Shown: positions 33,425 to 44,828 of the stretch, piece after piece
Position numbering within the stretch: position 1 is the first letter of the stretch
Layout: each line of letters begins with the position of its first letter
Assembly: GCA_963807635.1 (NCBI GenBank)
Contig: CAWEDJ010000073.1
Coordinates: forward strand, 64,001 to 128,000
Direction of reading: 5' to 3'
From: an uncultured cyanobacterium
GTDB lineage: Bacteria; Cyanobacteriota; Cyanobacteriia; Cyanobacteriales; Microcystaceae
DNA: 64,000 bases
Translations under genes and position numbers: made by a program
Notes under the pieces: model-generated
Databases searched by the model: none
Told to the model about the DNA's origin: nothing
What the model saw: the letters and a program-made list of their open reading frames with translations, nothing else

Positions 33425-34657
33425 ATGATTACCCCTCAAATCAGAAATAGTATATTAAATCAGGCTTCTTCGTCGGAATTTAAGCATTATCGAATTGTTC
33501 ATCTATCTAAATACTATCCACCCGATAGGGGAGGCATCGAAAGTTATATTCAAACCCTAGCGAGAACTCAATCTTTGCTCGGAGCAGATGTCCATGTCCT
33601 CTGTGTTAATACGTTTGGGAATAATAAAGAACCTTTAACAACAAGAACTCACACTAAGCATGAATTGGATATGGGCGTAAAAGTTACCAGGGTCGGTCGT
33701 CTTTTTTCATTAATGCGCTTTGATTTTTGTCGAGGATTAATTCATGAAATACAGAATTTAATTCAAGAACCCAACACAATACTTCATCTTCATACTCCTA
33801 ATCCAACCATGCTTTTGGCTTTGTCTATTTTATTGAGCGTGAAGAAAGATATTCCCCTCGTTATTACTCATCATAGTGACATCATTAAACAAAAAATTTT
33901 AAAATTTGCAGTGCGTCCTTTGGAATATTATATTTATCAAAAAAGTTCCCTGACTCTTGCAACTTCATCTAACTATATTGAAGGATCAAAATTCCTGAGA
34001 GCTTTTCGTAAAAAATTAAATTACGCCCCCTTAGTTTCAGATATTGATAAATATAAAAAACCTCACAAAAATGCTCTCGAATTTGGTCAATCTTTAAAAG
34101 AAAAATATGGAGATACAATTTGGTTATCCGTTGGTAGACTAGTTTATTATAAGGGACTCAATATAGCGATTCAAGCTTTGCAAAAAGTGCAAGGAACTTT
34201 AATTATCATTGGGATTGGGCCGTTAGAAAAAGAATTAAAAACCCTAGTCAAAAATCTAGGTTTAGAGCATAGGGTTGTTTGGTTAGGGAATTTAACGGAA
34301 GATGAATTGATTGGTGCCTATTATGCAGCAAAGGCTCTTTGGTTTCCCTCTAATGCCCGCAGTGAAGCGTTCGGTTTAGTACAGGTTGAAGCAATGGCCT
34401 GTGGTTGTCCAGTGATTAATACGAACATTGCTTCTAGTGGCGTTCCCTGGGTCAGTCGTCATGAGAAAGAGGCTTTGACTGTTGTTCCTAACAATCCCAT
34501 TGCTTTTTCCGATGCGGCCAATCGTTTGCTATCAGAACCCCATTTGCGCGATCGCCTATCGATAGCGGGTCTTCATAGAAGTGACGACTTTAGTTCTCTT
34601 AACGTCACTCGTCGAATTTTTGATTTTTATGGGAAAGTTTTATCCCAAAAAAATTAA
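33425..34657 (+). CDS. Glycosyltransferase family 4
   Basis: KYYPP..GGIE, VGRLVYYKG, EAFGLVQVEAMACG.PVI. Confidence 0.9.
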   Translation: MITPQIRNSILNQASSSEFKHYRIVHLSKYYPPDRGGIESYIQTLARTQSLLGADVHVLCVNTFGNNKEPLTTRTHTKHELDMGVKVTRVGRLFSLMRFDFCRGLIHEIQNLIQEPNTILHLHTPNPTMLLALSILLSVKKDIPLVITHHSDIIKQKILKFAVRPLEYYIYQKSSLTLATSSNYIEGSKFLRAFRKKLNYAPLVSDIDKYKKPHKNALEFGQSLKEKYGDTIWLSVGRLVYYKGLNIAIQALQKVQGTLIIIGIGPLEKELKTLVKNLGLEHRVVWLGNLTEDELIGAYYAAKALWFPSNARSEAFGLVQVEAMACGCPVINTNIASSGVPWVSRHEKEALTVVPNNPIAFSDAANRLLSEPHLRDRLSIAGLHRSDDFSSLNVTRRIFDFYGKVLSQKN

Positions 34658-35481
34658 ATCAACTTACTTGTTCTTAACCAGAAAATAACGACTCGACGAA
34701 AATATTTGATCAGCGACCATATCCAATAAAAATAAAGTTCTAGCGTAGAAATATAGCGAGAACGCCAAATGATTTGGTAGGCTTTTAGTTGAGCTTTTTC
34801 CATCGCCCAGAGGTCACCAGACATTCCTTCTTTAGCAAATTCAGGTTTAAAAAAATAGGCGAGGGGTGCGTCTAGAAAGACAATTTTACGATCATCAAAT
34901 AAAGTTTTAAGAATCAGCAAATAGTCTTCTGAATGTCGTGTAATTTCAGTATAATTTTGAACATCAGAAGCTTTAAATAGCCAACTTGAAGTCAGAACTT
35001 TACAAGAAATGAGTAGTTCATTCCGAGAAACGAAATGGGACTGAACTGAATTGGGAATAGAATCGTAGGGAGGAACGGATTCTGGCTTTGTTACCAAAAT
35101 AAGATGTCCCGAAAGGCTAACGTCAGGATGAGCTTCCATCCAGGAATATTGAATTTTAAGTTTGTCAGGATGCCAACCATCATCTGCATCTAAAAACGCA
35201 ATATAGGGTTGGGATGCGATCGCTCTGCCTTGGTTACGAGATTCTCCTGGCCCCTTATTTTGGGTCAAGTTCACTACTTTGATAAAGTCTTTTCCGTATT
35301 GTTTTTGTAAGGCGAATAATTCCCCTAAGGTATGATCTGGACTCGCATCATTCACTAAAATCACTTCGACCGGTGGAAGACTTTGCTGAAAAACGGACTG
35401 GACGGCTCGCCCAATGGTTTTACTACAACAATAACAAGGAATGATCACACTAACGGGAGCTTGCATACTTTCGTTCCTCAA
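34654..35481 (-). CDS. Glycosyltransferase family 2
   Basis: VSVIIPCY, VNDAS.D, RN.G, AFLDADD.W.P.KL. Confidence 0.9.
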   Translation of the reverse strand: MRNESMQAPVSVIIPCYCCSKTIGRAVQSVFQQSLPPVEVILVNDASPDHTLGELFALQKQYGKDFIKVVNLTQNKGPGESRNQGRAIASQPYIAFLDADDGWHPDKLKIQYSWMEAHPDVSLSGHLILVTKPESVPPYDSIPNSVQSHFVSRNELLISCKVLTSSWLFKASDVQNYTEITRHSEDYLLILKTLFDDRKIVFLDAPLAYFFKPEFAKEGMSGDLWAMEKAQLKAYQIIWRSRYISTLELYFYWIWSLIKYFRRVVIFWLRTSKLI

Positions 35482-36337
35482 TCCATTGCCATAATCCCAA
35501 AAATTCTAAAACATAATGGATTGTGATAGTTATCAGGGAATAAAACCCTAATCTTAAACTTTTGAGAGGAGAAATCAATCGATAACGTAGGCGAATCTGG
35601 GTACTTTCTAGCTCATTTGCGTAGTAATTACCCGAAACCCCCCTGGGTTCAACAGTGGTCAGAACATTATCAATTAATTCAAAAGAGACCTGATTGCTAT
35701 AACAGCGACAAAGAAAATCAAAGTCACTGGCAATCCGAAAATTCAAATCAAATAATCCCAATTGTTCATAAATATCACGACTGACAAAAACGGAAGCATG
35801 GGGAAGCATTTTACTGGGTAACTGTTGGGGGCGAACAAATTCAATATAACCTTCTGATGAATTTTTTTTCAGGGTTTGACAATGCCCCACAAAAATAGAG
35901 GGTTTCGAGGTAGATTGCCAAGCCTTAGACAGCCTTTCTAGGGTATGGGGTTCATGGCGATCGCCCGCATTGAGCAGACAAATCAGATGGCCATGACTGA
36001 GAGCAATTCCTTTATTCATGGCATCGTATAGTCCTAAATCGGGTTCACTCCGCCAATGACTCAGTTTGGCATCATATTGTTCGACAATTGCTAGGGTTTT
36101 GTCGGTACTGCCGCCGTCAATCACAATATATTCCAGATAGGGATAATTTTGAATAAAAACGCTTTGAAGGGTTTCCTCTAGGGAGGCTTCAGCGTTGAAT
36201 ACAACTGTAATCACGGTAATCAAAGGCATCCCGATGGGAAGACTCTCCAAAGTGGTGATGGGAGATTTTCCTCCTTGGCGTTGCGCTGGGTGTCTTTGGA
36301 TCTGCTCTCGATATTGTTCAATAGTGGGAACAAGCAT
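35450..36337 (-). CDS. Glycosyltransferase family 2
   Basis: ITVITVVFN, IDGGSTD.T, GLYDAMNKGI, LNAGD; start taken at ATG 36337. Confidence 0.88.
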   Translation of the reverse strand: MLVPTIEQYREQIQRHPAQRQGGKSPITTLESLPIGMPLITVITVVFNAEASLEETLQSVFIQNYPYLEYIVIDGGSTDKTLAIVEQYDAKLSHWRSEPDLGLYDAMNKGIALSHGHLICLLNAGDRHEPHTLERLSKAWQSTSKPSIFVGHCQTLKKNSSEGYIEFVRPQQLPSKMLPHASVFVSRDIYEQLGLFDLNFRIASDFDFLCRCYSNQVSFELIDNVLTTVEPRGVSGNYYANELESTQIRLRYRLISPLKSLRLGFYSLITITIHYVLEFLGLWQWIEERKYASSR

Positions 36338-36716
36338 GAAGAAAGTTACAGTTATTGCGAAGAAATTGCGAAAAATAAGACTTTTTTGAACCAAGAGTAA
36401 ATATATTACAAAAGATGCTGATTCGTCTAGGCTTTATATTTCTGTCTCCCTGCTAGAAAAGGTGAAGTAATGTCTTGATAACCCCATCAATTGATATTGA
36501 TTACGCTTTAGGATTGCACCTTTAAGGGTAATTTTCAGGTACTAGCTTAATTCACGGATTAACTCCTAGAAGTGTATTATATGGAGGACTATTTTGCTAA
36601 CCCTTGATTCCTATTCGGTGAGATCTAAAATTCTCTAAAAGTTAGTTTTTAGCGATATTGGTAGGAAGATAGTGTAAACTCTAGCTAAATTGTGGGGTGA
36701 GCATTAACTAAAACTG

Positions 36717-38081
36717 ATGGAAAAAATGGGTAAAATTTCGGTTATTGATAGAATTCGTTTGGGTGTCGCGGTTGCTGTCGCTAAAACCGTCACGGCGATC
36801 GTGCGATCGCTGAATTTGGGAGCGGCCAGTGTGTTACCAGGCGAAATTGCCCGTCGTCTCCATCCCCGTCTATTGACGTTACTCTCGCAACAGGTCAAAC
36901 AGGGCGTGATTTTAGTCGTGGGAACCAATGGCAAAACGACGACTTCCCTCCTATTGCGAACGATTTTAGACAATCAAGGCTTTAAAGTTACCCACAACAT
37001 TACGGGGGCCAATTTAATCAATGGGCTAATTACGGCCTTATTGGCAGATACCAATTTAATTGGTCAACTCAACACCGATTTTGCCATTTTAGAAGTCGAT
37101 GAAAATATTTTGCCTCTGCTGTTAAAAGAATGTCAGCCCCGCGCCATTTTGGCGTTAAATCTCTTCCGTGACCAATTGGATCGTTATGGGGAAGTTGATA
37201 CCATTAGTCGCCGTTGGCAAACCGCGATCGCGCCCCTACCCCAGGAAACCCTGATTGTCGTCAATGCCGATGACCCGACCCTTTCCCATTTTGGACAACA
37301 ATTAACCCAGACTGTCCGTTATTTTGGACTAAGTGAGCCGAAATTATATTTAGAAGAAATCCCACACGCCGTAGATTCTATTTATTGCCCTAATTGCGGT
37401 CATCCTCTGGATTATCGCGGAGTTTATCTATCCCATCTAGGAGATTTTACCTGCCCTAGTTGTGGCTTTAGTAAGAGTCAACCCGCTTTTCATAGTAGTG
37501 AATGGCCCCAAATCCTCATCGGGGTTTACAACAAATACAATACCCTCGCGGCGGGATTGGTTGCAAAGGAACTCGGTGTCACCAACGAAGCAATTTTTAA
37601 TAATATCAAAACCTTCAAAGCCGCCTTTGGTCGTGCCGAAGAGTTAACCATTGAGGGAAAGCACGTCCGCATTTTGCTCTCCAAAAATCCTGTGGGTATG
37701 AACGAAACGATTCGGGCAGTTAATGAGATTAAGGAGCAAGGCAAATCTTCCGTCACTCTCCTAGTCCTCAATGACCGCATTCCCGATGGTACCGATGTCT
37801 CCTGGATTTGGGACGTGGATACGGAGCAACTGGTCAAATTGGGCGGAACCTTTGTCGTTAGTGGCGATCGCATTTATGACATGGCTCTGCGTTTGCAGTA
37901 TAGCCGTGAAGCCTTAGACGAGAGTGAGCATCCGTTTAAGTTAATTCTAGAAGAAAATTTAGAAAAAGCGATTCAAATTGCCCTAAAAGAAAGTCCTATC
38001 GATGAAACCCTGCATATTATCCCGACCTATTCCGCCATGTTAGAAGTCCGAGGGCTATTAACAGGACAAAAAATCTTGTAA
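36717..38081 (+). CDS. MurT-like Mur ligase with DUF1727 domain (lipid II amidotransferase subunit)
   Basis: GTNGKTTT, NLFRDQLDRYGE, CxxC...CxxC, KNPVG, DG.DVSWIWD, TYSAML. Confidence 0.88.
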   Translation: MEKMGKISVIDRIRLGVAVAVAKTVTAIVRSLNLGAASVLPGEIARRLHPRLLTLLSQQVKQGVILVVGTNGKTTTSLLLRTILDNQGFKVTHNITGANLINGLITALLADTNLIGQLNTDFAILEVDENILPLLLKECQPRAILALNLFRDQLDRYGEVDTISRRWQTAIAPLPQETLIVVNADDPTLSHFGQQLTQTVRYFGLSEPKLYLEEIPHAVDSIYCPNCGHPLDYRGVYLSHLGDFTCPSCGFSKSQPAFHSSEWPQILIGVYNKYNTLAAGLVAKELGVTNEAIFNNIKTFKAAFGRAEELTIEGKHVRILLSKNPVGMNETIRAVNEIKEQGKSSVTLLVLNDRIPDGTDVSWIWDVDTEQLVKLGGTFVVSGDRIYDMALRLQYSREALDESEHPFKLILEENLEKAIQIALKESPIDETLHIIPTYSAMLEVRGLLTGQKIL

Positions 38082-38320
38082 CGGTTTATCCAAATATTGG
38101 AGAAAATGCGATCGCCCTTTGAGATAGAGTTGAAAACAGGCATTCATAAAGAATTTCTATCCCATTCCCTCAAATTAGCAATCGGTGAAATGTCAGGAAT
38201 AATTTGGTAGAATCCCAGACCAGGCTATACTAAGCTTAAAAATTTGTTTACAATCTTTAGTGGTCGCAAATACAGACCATAACAAAAAATTGCTCGTCGT
38301 AAATTCATCCCATCGGTAAT

Positions 38321-39437
38321 ATGAACGCAGGAATTGACCTTAGAAGTAGTTTTATTGAAACCCTCACCAGTTTGGGACTGCCCTTGGGCGTTTCCCAGGC
38401 TTTTTGGATTCCCCTCCCCTCTATTTTGATGATTATTGGGGCAACCGTCGGCGTACTGGTGGTAGTTTGGTTAGAGAGAAAAATTTCTGCGGCGGCTCAA
38501 CAGCGCATTGGCCCAATTTGCAGGCCCTTTAGGCGTTTTACAGCCCGTTGCCGATGGGATGAAATTAGTCTTCAAAGAAGATGTCGTCCCCGCTAAAGCC
38601 GATCCCTGGTTATTTACCCTCGGCCCCGTTTTAGTCGTCATGCCCGTGTTTTTGTCCTACCTCATCATTCCCTTTGGGCAAAATTTAGTCATTACCGACC
38701 TGAATGTTGGGATTTTTCTGTGGATTTCCCTTTCTAGCATCGCGCCCATTGGTTTATTGATGTCGGGTTATTCCTCGAATAATAAATACTCCCTTTTAGG
38801 CGGGCTCAGGGCGGCGGCTCAATCCATCAGTTACGAAATTCCCCTCGCTCTTGCCGTTCTCGCGATCGTGATGATGTCCAATAGCATGAGTACCATTGAC
38901 ATTGTTCACCAACAATCGGGCTATGGCATTCTCGGCTGGAATGTTTGGCGACAACCCGTTGGGTTTATTATTTTTTGGATCTCCGCCTTAGCCGAATGTG
39001 AACGCTTACCCTTTGATTTACCTGAAGCAGAAGAAGAACTCGTCGCGGGCTATCAAACCGAATATGCAGGCATGAAATTTGGTTTATTTTATGTCGGTTC
39101 CTACGTCAATTTGGTTTTGTCTGCGCTGGTTTTTGCCATTCTCTATTTAGGTGGTTGGGAATTTCCTATTCCCTTGGATAAATTAGCCAGTTGGCTGGGT
39201 ATCAGTGAAACCGAAGCTTGGTTACAGATTGTTACTGCGGCCTTGGGAGTCACCATGACTATCCTTAAAGCCTACTTTTTAATCTTTATTGCCATTCTCC
39301 TACGCTGGACAGTTCCCCGTGTACGAATTGATCAATTGTTAAATTTGGGCTGGAAATTTCTGTTGCCCGTTTCTTTAGCCAATTTATTAATTACGGCTGC
39401 TTTGAAACTTGCCTTTCCCGTCGCCTTTGGTGGTTAA
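38321..39437 (+). CDS. ndhA: NDH-1 subunit 1 (apparent frameshift near 38515)
   Basis: [42 protein letters not shown]. Confidence 0.96.
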
Positions 39438-39470
39438 TTGTTAAATTTCATCTAATTCAAGACAAATCCT

Positions 39471-40046
39471 ATGTTTAAAATTCTCAAACAAGTCAGCGAT
39501 TACGCGAAAGACACCTTCCAAGCGGCTAAATATATCGGGGAAGGTCTGGCGGTTACTTTTGATCACATGGGTCGTCGTCCTGTTACAGTCCAGTATCCCT
39601 ACGAAAAGTTGATTCCCTCGGAGCGGTTTCGGGGACGAATTCATTTTGAGTTTGATAAATGTATCGCCTGTGAAGTTTGTGTTCGGGTTTGCCCCATTAA
39701 TTTACCCGTCGTCGATTGGGAATTTAATAAACAAATCAAGAAAAAAGAACTCAAACATTACAGTATTGATTTCGGGGTTTGTATTTTTTGCGGTAATTGT
39801 GTGGAATATTGCCCGACGAATTGCCTGTCCATGACGGAAGAATATGAACTCGCGACCTACGATCGCCATGAGTTGAATTATGATAATGTCGCCCTTGGCC
39901 GTTTACCCTATAAGGTTACGCAAGATCCGATGGTTACTCCTCTACGAGAATTGGGCTATTTACCCAAGGGCGTGATTGAACCCCATGATCTGCCTGTGGG
40001 TAGCCAGCGATCGGGAAAAAGACCCGAAGAATTGATCCCCGAATAA
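39471..40046 (+). CDS. ndhI: NDH-1 subunit I
   Basis: Two CxxCxxCxxxCP motifs, YPYEK...RFRGRIH. Confidence 0.97.
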   Translation: MFKILKQVSDYAKDTFQAAKYIGEGLAVTFDHMGRRPVTVQYPYEKLIPSERFRGRIHFEFDKCIACEVCVRVCPINLPVVDWEFNKQIKKKELKHYSIDFGVCIFCGNCVEYCPTNCLSMTEEYELATYDRHELNYDNVALGRLPYKVTQDPMVTPLRELGYLPKGVIEPHDLPVGSQRSGKRPEELIPE

Positions 40047-40099
40047 ATCGTAGTTAATCATAAATCTTAAAATTCAAATTTCTTGAGGAGATAACGAGC

Positions 40100-40699
40100 G
40101 TGAATTTAGCAGAAGGTGTGCAGGTTGTATCTTTCGGGGTTCTGTCCTTGATGGTGCTGGGGACAGCGTTAGGGGTTGTGTTGCTCTCCAACATCGTTTA
40201 TTCCGCTTTTCTGTTGGGCGGCGTTTTCATTAGTATTTCAGGGATTTATATTCTGTTGAATGCAGATTTCGTGGCCGCGGCCCAGATTTTGGTCTATGTC
40301 GGCGCGGTGAATGTCTTAATTCTCTTTGCGATTATGCTGGTCAATAAAAAAGAGGATTTTTCTGAATTACCGAGACGTTGGATACGCAAAGCCGCCACCG
40401 CTTTAGTTTGTGTGGGTTTATTTGCTCTTCTATCTACGATGGTTTTGATTACCCCCTGGGCGATCGCACCCCAACCCGAAATTCCTTTAGCTAACACCAT
40501 TGTGACCATTGGCAAACATTTATTTAGTGACTTTTTGTTGCCTTTTGAAATAGCTTCCGTATTGCTTTTGATGGCGATGGTCGGGGCGATTATTCTGGCT
40601 CGTCGGGACTTCATTCCTGAACTGCCTGTAGAAGAACCGATCGCAACGGCGTTGACCTTACCTGAGCGTCCCCGTGAGTTAATTAAGAGTGAAAAATAA
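40100..40699 (+). CDS. ndhG: NDH-1 subunit 6
   Basis: AQILVYVGAVNVLILFAIML, LPFEIASVLLL; operon position. Confidence 0.96.
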   Translation: MNLAEGVQVVSFGVLSLMVLGTALGVVLLSNIVYSAFLLGGVFISISGIYILLNADFVAAAQILVYVGAVNVLILFAIMLVNKKEDFSELPRRWIRKAATALVCVGLFALLSTMVLITPWAIAPQPEIPLANTIVTIGKHLFSDFLLPFEIASVLLLMAMVGAIILARRDFIPELPVEEPIATALTLPERPRELIKSEK

Positions 40700-40739
40700 T
40701 CGCTAATCCTTACTAAAAAAAAATTAAAGAGGTTTTTTT

Positions 40740-41051
40740 ATGCACCTACAACTGGAATATTGCTTAATCCTAGCCGCCGCCCTATTTTGTATTGGCATTT
40801 ATGGTCTGATTACCAGTCGCAATGCAGTACGAGTTTTGATGTCGATTGAATTGTTATTGAATGCGGTAAATCTCAATCTGATGGGATTTTCTAATTTTCT
40901 TGACCCCGTTGGCATTAAAGGTCAAGTCTTTGCCGTTTTTGTAATTACGGTCGCGGCGGCGGAAGCGGCGGTGGGATTGGCGATTATTCTGGCGATTTAT
41001 CGGAATCGAGACACCATTGATATGGAACAGTTTAATTTGTTGAAATGGTAG
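40740..41051 (+). CDS. ndhE: NDH-1 subunit 4L
   Basis: [27 protein letters not shown]. Confidence 0.97.
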   Translation: MHLQLEYCLILAAALFCIGIYGLITSRNAVRVLMSIELLLNAVNLNLMGFSNFLDPVGIKGQVFAVFVITVAAAEAAVGLAIILAIYRNRDTIDMEQFNLLKW

Positions 41052-41201
41052 TTATTTTAGGGGGAGGCGATCGCATTTCTTGCCCTGTCTAGTAAAACGC
41101 AATAATCCTAGTAAACTCGAACTAAAACCGAAATTAATCGGAAAATCAAAGGAAATAAGAGTATTTCGATCTGTTCGCAACATCCAAAAACACTAGGTAT
41201 A

Positions 41202-41561
41202 ATGACTTATATTGCGTTTTTTAGGAGACAAGAAAGTTTGAGAATACCCATCATTGCTGCATTGATCAGCTTAACCCTCAGCTATCCCGCCCTTGCTGGT
41301 AGCGCGACTTACTATGGCAGTTCTTTTCATGGGAAAAAAATGGCCAATGGCAAACGCTATAACCCTAATCACCTGGTCGCCGCCCATCCGAGCTATCCCA
41401 TCGGCACTCGACTTAGGGTCACTAACCGTAAGACCAAGCGATCCGTCGTCGTGACTGTCACTGACCGTTGTTCCTGCTCCTTGGATTTAAGTCGAGCCGC
41501 TTTCCGACAAATTGGCAGCCTCAAAAAAGGCAGAGTTCCCGTTTCCGTGACCCGAATTTAA
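41202..41561 (+). CDS. RlpA-like double-psi beta-barrel protein
   Basis: ATYYG..FHG..MANG, AAH..YP.GT.LRVTN, V.DR, LDLS.AAF. Confidence 0.88.
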   Translation: MTYIAFFRRQESLRIPIIAALISLTLSYPALAGSATYYGSSFHGKKMANGKRYNPNHLVAAHPSYPIGTRLRVTNRKTKRSVVVTVTDRCSCSLDLSRAAFRQIGSLKKGRVPVSVTRI

Positions 41562-41670
41562 GGAAGTTGTGTTTTTAAGGGAAGTCCTTATCTCTCAGGG
41601 GTTTTGTCCCCACAGGTCTTTCTTGGGAATGTTTGCACCGTCTTCAGTTTAAATTGGTATAACCTTTCCT

Positions 41671-42942
41671 ATGCGGCATCATCAATCGGTTCATCGCTTG
41701 CTTTTAGACAATGGTATTACGATTCTTTTTGCAGAAAATCCAGCAGCCGATTTGATCGCAGGGCGAATTTTTCTTAAAAAAGCAGGGGCTTGTTGGGATT
41801 CACCGCAAAAAGCAGGTTTATCCCACCTACTAGCCACTGTGATTACCAAGGGAACCCAAAAGTTGTCCTCCTTGGAAATTGCAGAAACCGTCGAGTCCAT
41901 TGGGGCAGGTCTGGGGGCGGATGCCACCAGCGATTATTGGATGATTAGCCTCAAAACCGTTTCTTCGGATTTTGCAGCAATTTTATCCTTAGTTGCTGAG
42001 ATTTTACAACATCCGATCTTTCCTGAAGCTGAAGTTGAATTAGAAAAGCGTTTAACGTTACAAAGCATTCGTTCCCAAAAAGAACAGCCTTTTAATGTTG
42101 CTTATAGTCAACTGAGAGAAGCCATGTATCAGGAGCATCCCTACGGGTTTTCGATTTTGGGAACGGAGGAAACCGTTGCTACCCTGACACGGGAAGATTT
42201 ACTGGCCTATCATCACGCCTATTTTCGACCCGATAATATTGTGATTAGTTTATCAGGGCGGATTGTTCTCGATGAGGCAGTTCATCTAATTAAGCAAACC
42301 TTTGGGGATTGGCAAATTCCTCCGCGATCGCTGTTTACCCCCACCTTACCCACCTTAACCTCTCAACCCACTCAAAGTATTACAGCCAAGGAAACGCAAC
42401 AATCGATCATTATGTTGGGCTACCTCGGCGCAGGAGTTAATAGTGAGGATTATGCCGTTTTAAAATTATTGAGTACCTATTTAGGAAATGGGCTTTCTAG
42501 TCGTTTATTTGTGGAATTACGAGAAAAACGGGGTTTAGCCTACGATGTTTCTGCCTTTTATCCGACTCGTTTAGGATTCTCCCAATTTGTCATGTATATG
42601 GGAACCGCTCCCGATAATACCGCGATCGCCCTAGAGGGATTGAGAACGGAAGCCGACCGCCTGAGAAATCAACTTTTAGAAACCGATGAAGTAGAAGCGG
42701 CTAAAAATAAATTATTAGGTCAATACGCCTTAGGGAAACAAACCAATGGGGAAATTGCCCAATTATTCGGTTGGTATGAAACTCTGGGATTGGGAATCGC
42801 CTTTGATAGTGATTTTCAAGAAAAAGTAGCCCAAGTTACCCCAGAAGATATTCAAAGAATTGCCCAAAAATATTTGCAGGAACCCTATTTATCTTTAGTG
42901 GGCCCTGCTAATGTTGTTGAGCAATATCGCGGAGAATCTTGA
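41671..42942 (+). CDS. M16 family peptidase subunit (likely non-catalytic)
   Basis: SHLLATVITKGT in place of HxxEH; SSRLF.ELREKRGLAY. Confidence 0.88.
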   Translation: MRHHQSVHRLLLDNGITILFAENPAADLIAGRIFLKKAGACWDSPQKAGLSHLLATVITKGTQKLSSLEIAETVESIGAGLGADATSDYWMISLKTVSSDFAAILSLVAEILQHPIFPEAEVELEKRLTLQSIRSQKEQPFNVAYSQLREAMYQEHPYGFSILGTEETVATLTREDLLAYHHAYFRPDNIVISLSGRIVLDEAVHLIKQTFGDWQIPPRSLFTPTLPTLTSQPTQSITAKETQQSIIMLGYLGAGVNSEDYAVLKLLSTYLGNGLSSRLFVELREKRGLAYDVSAFYPTRLGFSQFVMYMGTAPDNTAIALEGLRTEADRLRNQLLETDEVEAAKNKLLGQYALGKQTNGEIAQLFGWYETLGLGIAFDSDFQEKVAQVTPEDIQRIAQKYLQEPYLSLVGPANVVEQYRGES

Positions 42943-42952
42943 AGCTTACTGT

Positions 42953-44062
42953 TTAGAATAACCAACCTTTTAGACGACGAGCCACCTGGGGACGACGAAG
43001 TTTCCGCATAGCTTTGCTTTGGATTTGACGTACCCGTTCCCGCGAGAGGTCAAACATGAGACCGACCTCCTCTAGCGTATAACTCTGACTACTGGATAAC
43101 CCATAGCGGAGAGAAATCACTTCTTGTTCTCGTTCCGTTAAAACATCACTTAAAACCTCCGAAATTTCTTGACGGAGCATCTTTTCGTTCATGTGGTCTT
43201 CGGGCAATTGCAAGTCCTGATCTTCCAAAAGATCCACTAATTCCGTGTCTTCCCCCTTACCGACCCGATGATTAAGGGAAAGAGATTGGCGGCGCAATTG
43301 CAATAATTGACGGAGTTGATAGGCAGACATTTCTAGACTTTCTGCCAACTCGGTTTCAGTCGGATTGCGTTGGAGTTCTTGCTTGAGAGAGCGTTGAATT
43401 TTTTTGAGTTTATTGAGCTTTTCAACGACATGAATCGGTAACCGAATTGTGCGGGCATCATTGGCGATGGTACGGGTAATGGCTTGACGAATCCACCAAT
43501 AGGCGTAGGTCGAAAACTTATAGCCCTTGTTAGGATCAAACTTCTCCGAAGCTCGATTTAAGCCGATCGCGCCTTCCTGGATTAAGTCTAGAAAAGGAAC
43601 CCCGCGATTGAGATAGCGTTTAGCGATAGAAACCACAAGACGCAAATTAGAACGAATCATCTTTCGTTTAGCGGTACGTCCCCGATGGAGCCAGGCATCA
43701 AATTGTCGTTCATTGGTAAAACCGAGGGTTTCCGCCCATTCCAACTTAGTGGGGGGCCGTTTCAACTCTTCCGTGAGTTTAAGTCGATTTTCTTCTGCTT
43801 TCACTAAAAGTTGAACATTATTCGCTAATTCAACCTCTTCTTCGGGTTTAAGGAGGGGATAACGAGCCATTTCCTTAAAAAACGAACCAATAGTATCATC
43901 AGACAGGGATTTTTTATAGTGGGATGAGACGGAATTCCCCATGTCATCAGCAAGATCCGAGAAATCAATTTCAACACTGTTTAGTTCAAAATCTTGGGGT
44001 TGGGCATCCAACGGATTGAATGCTTCCGTTGTAACATTGGGGACAAAATTCGTTTTAGTCAT
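42953..44062 (-). CDS. sigE: Group 2 RNA polymerase sigma factor, SigE type
   Basis: FFKEMARYPLL, NLRLVVSIAKRY, RTIANDARTIRLP, RRPQVARRLKGWL closely recall Synechocystis SigE. Confidence 0.85.
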   Translation of the reverse strand: MTKTNFVPNVTTEAFNPLDAQPQDFELNSVEIDFSDLADDMGNSVSSHYKKSLSDDTIGSFFKEMARYPLLKPEEEVELANNVQLLVKAEENRLKLTEELKRPPTKLEWAETLGFTNERQFDAWLHRGRTAKRKMIRSNLRLVVSIAKRYLNRGVPFLDLIQEGAIGLNRASEKFDPNKGYKFSTYAYWWIRQAITRTIANDARTIRLPIHVVEKLNKLKKIQRSLKQELQRNPTETELAESLEMSAYQLRQLLQLRRQSLSLNHRVGKGEDTELVDLLEDQDLQLPEDHMNEKMLRQEISEVLSDVLTEREQEVISLRYGLSSSQSYTLEEVGLMFDLSRERVRQIQSKAMRKLRRPQVARRLKGWLF

Positions 44063-44828
44063 GGTTATTTTTAAGGGCTGTATCAAAAAAAAGAAATGAT
44101 TATTAAAAATGGACGGTCTAATTCGTAAATGATATAGATTAGGCTGATTATGGCATTAAATCCTCCCAACGTCGATGGATTCTAAAGTTTTCTTAAGGGG
44201 TTTTCCTCAGAGTAATTGACTCAACACTCTGTCGATGCTTCATTTCCAACAATCTTTAGATACCTAAATTAATCAAGATTTTAGATTGATGATTTTATTT
44301 AAGTCAAGGGAAACCCGCTCTGTCACAGCCAAGAATCCATCCACTAGTCATCAAAATATCCTAAACCAGAAAGTTAAAATAGACTCTTATATTTGCTAAA
44401 AAGACTGGAGCATCGTTACTGGTCATTCTAAGTTATCAGCAATAGAATTGATGATCAAAAAGATGATTCCAGATTAACAAAAGGAAAAATAAGTTTTGTC
44501 TATTTCGTCACAAAATAAACTATTTTCCCAGAAGAGACTATCACTAGCCTCGGAAATGTCAGCAATCTAACATTGAAGATAAACAAAGAGTTTTTTTGAT
44601 TATCTAGAGATTGAGCAGGACAATTTGAATACAATATAACGATTTTGGGGATGATTGCCTAGTGGAAAAAAATTTTTTTGTGTGACTAATGGTGACTCAT
44701 TCTTAGGTAAAAACGGTCATTATAGGCGATCGCGATTTTCTCGTTTGAAATTACAGAAAACAACTCGATCGCAACGGGGTTTAAGGTTATACTGTCCTAG
44801 CGAACAAATTTGTGTTTAGTGACCCTCA

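Noticed and set aside
44212..44225. NtcA-like site GTA-N8-AAC upstream of sigE
   Set aside because: One mismatch to GTA-N8-TAC, and the nearest TAN3T box is ~27 nt away rather than ~22; insufficient support.
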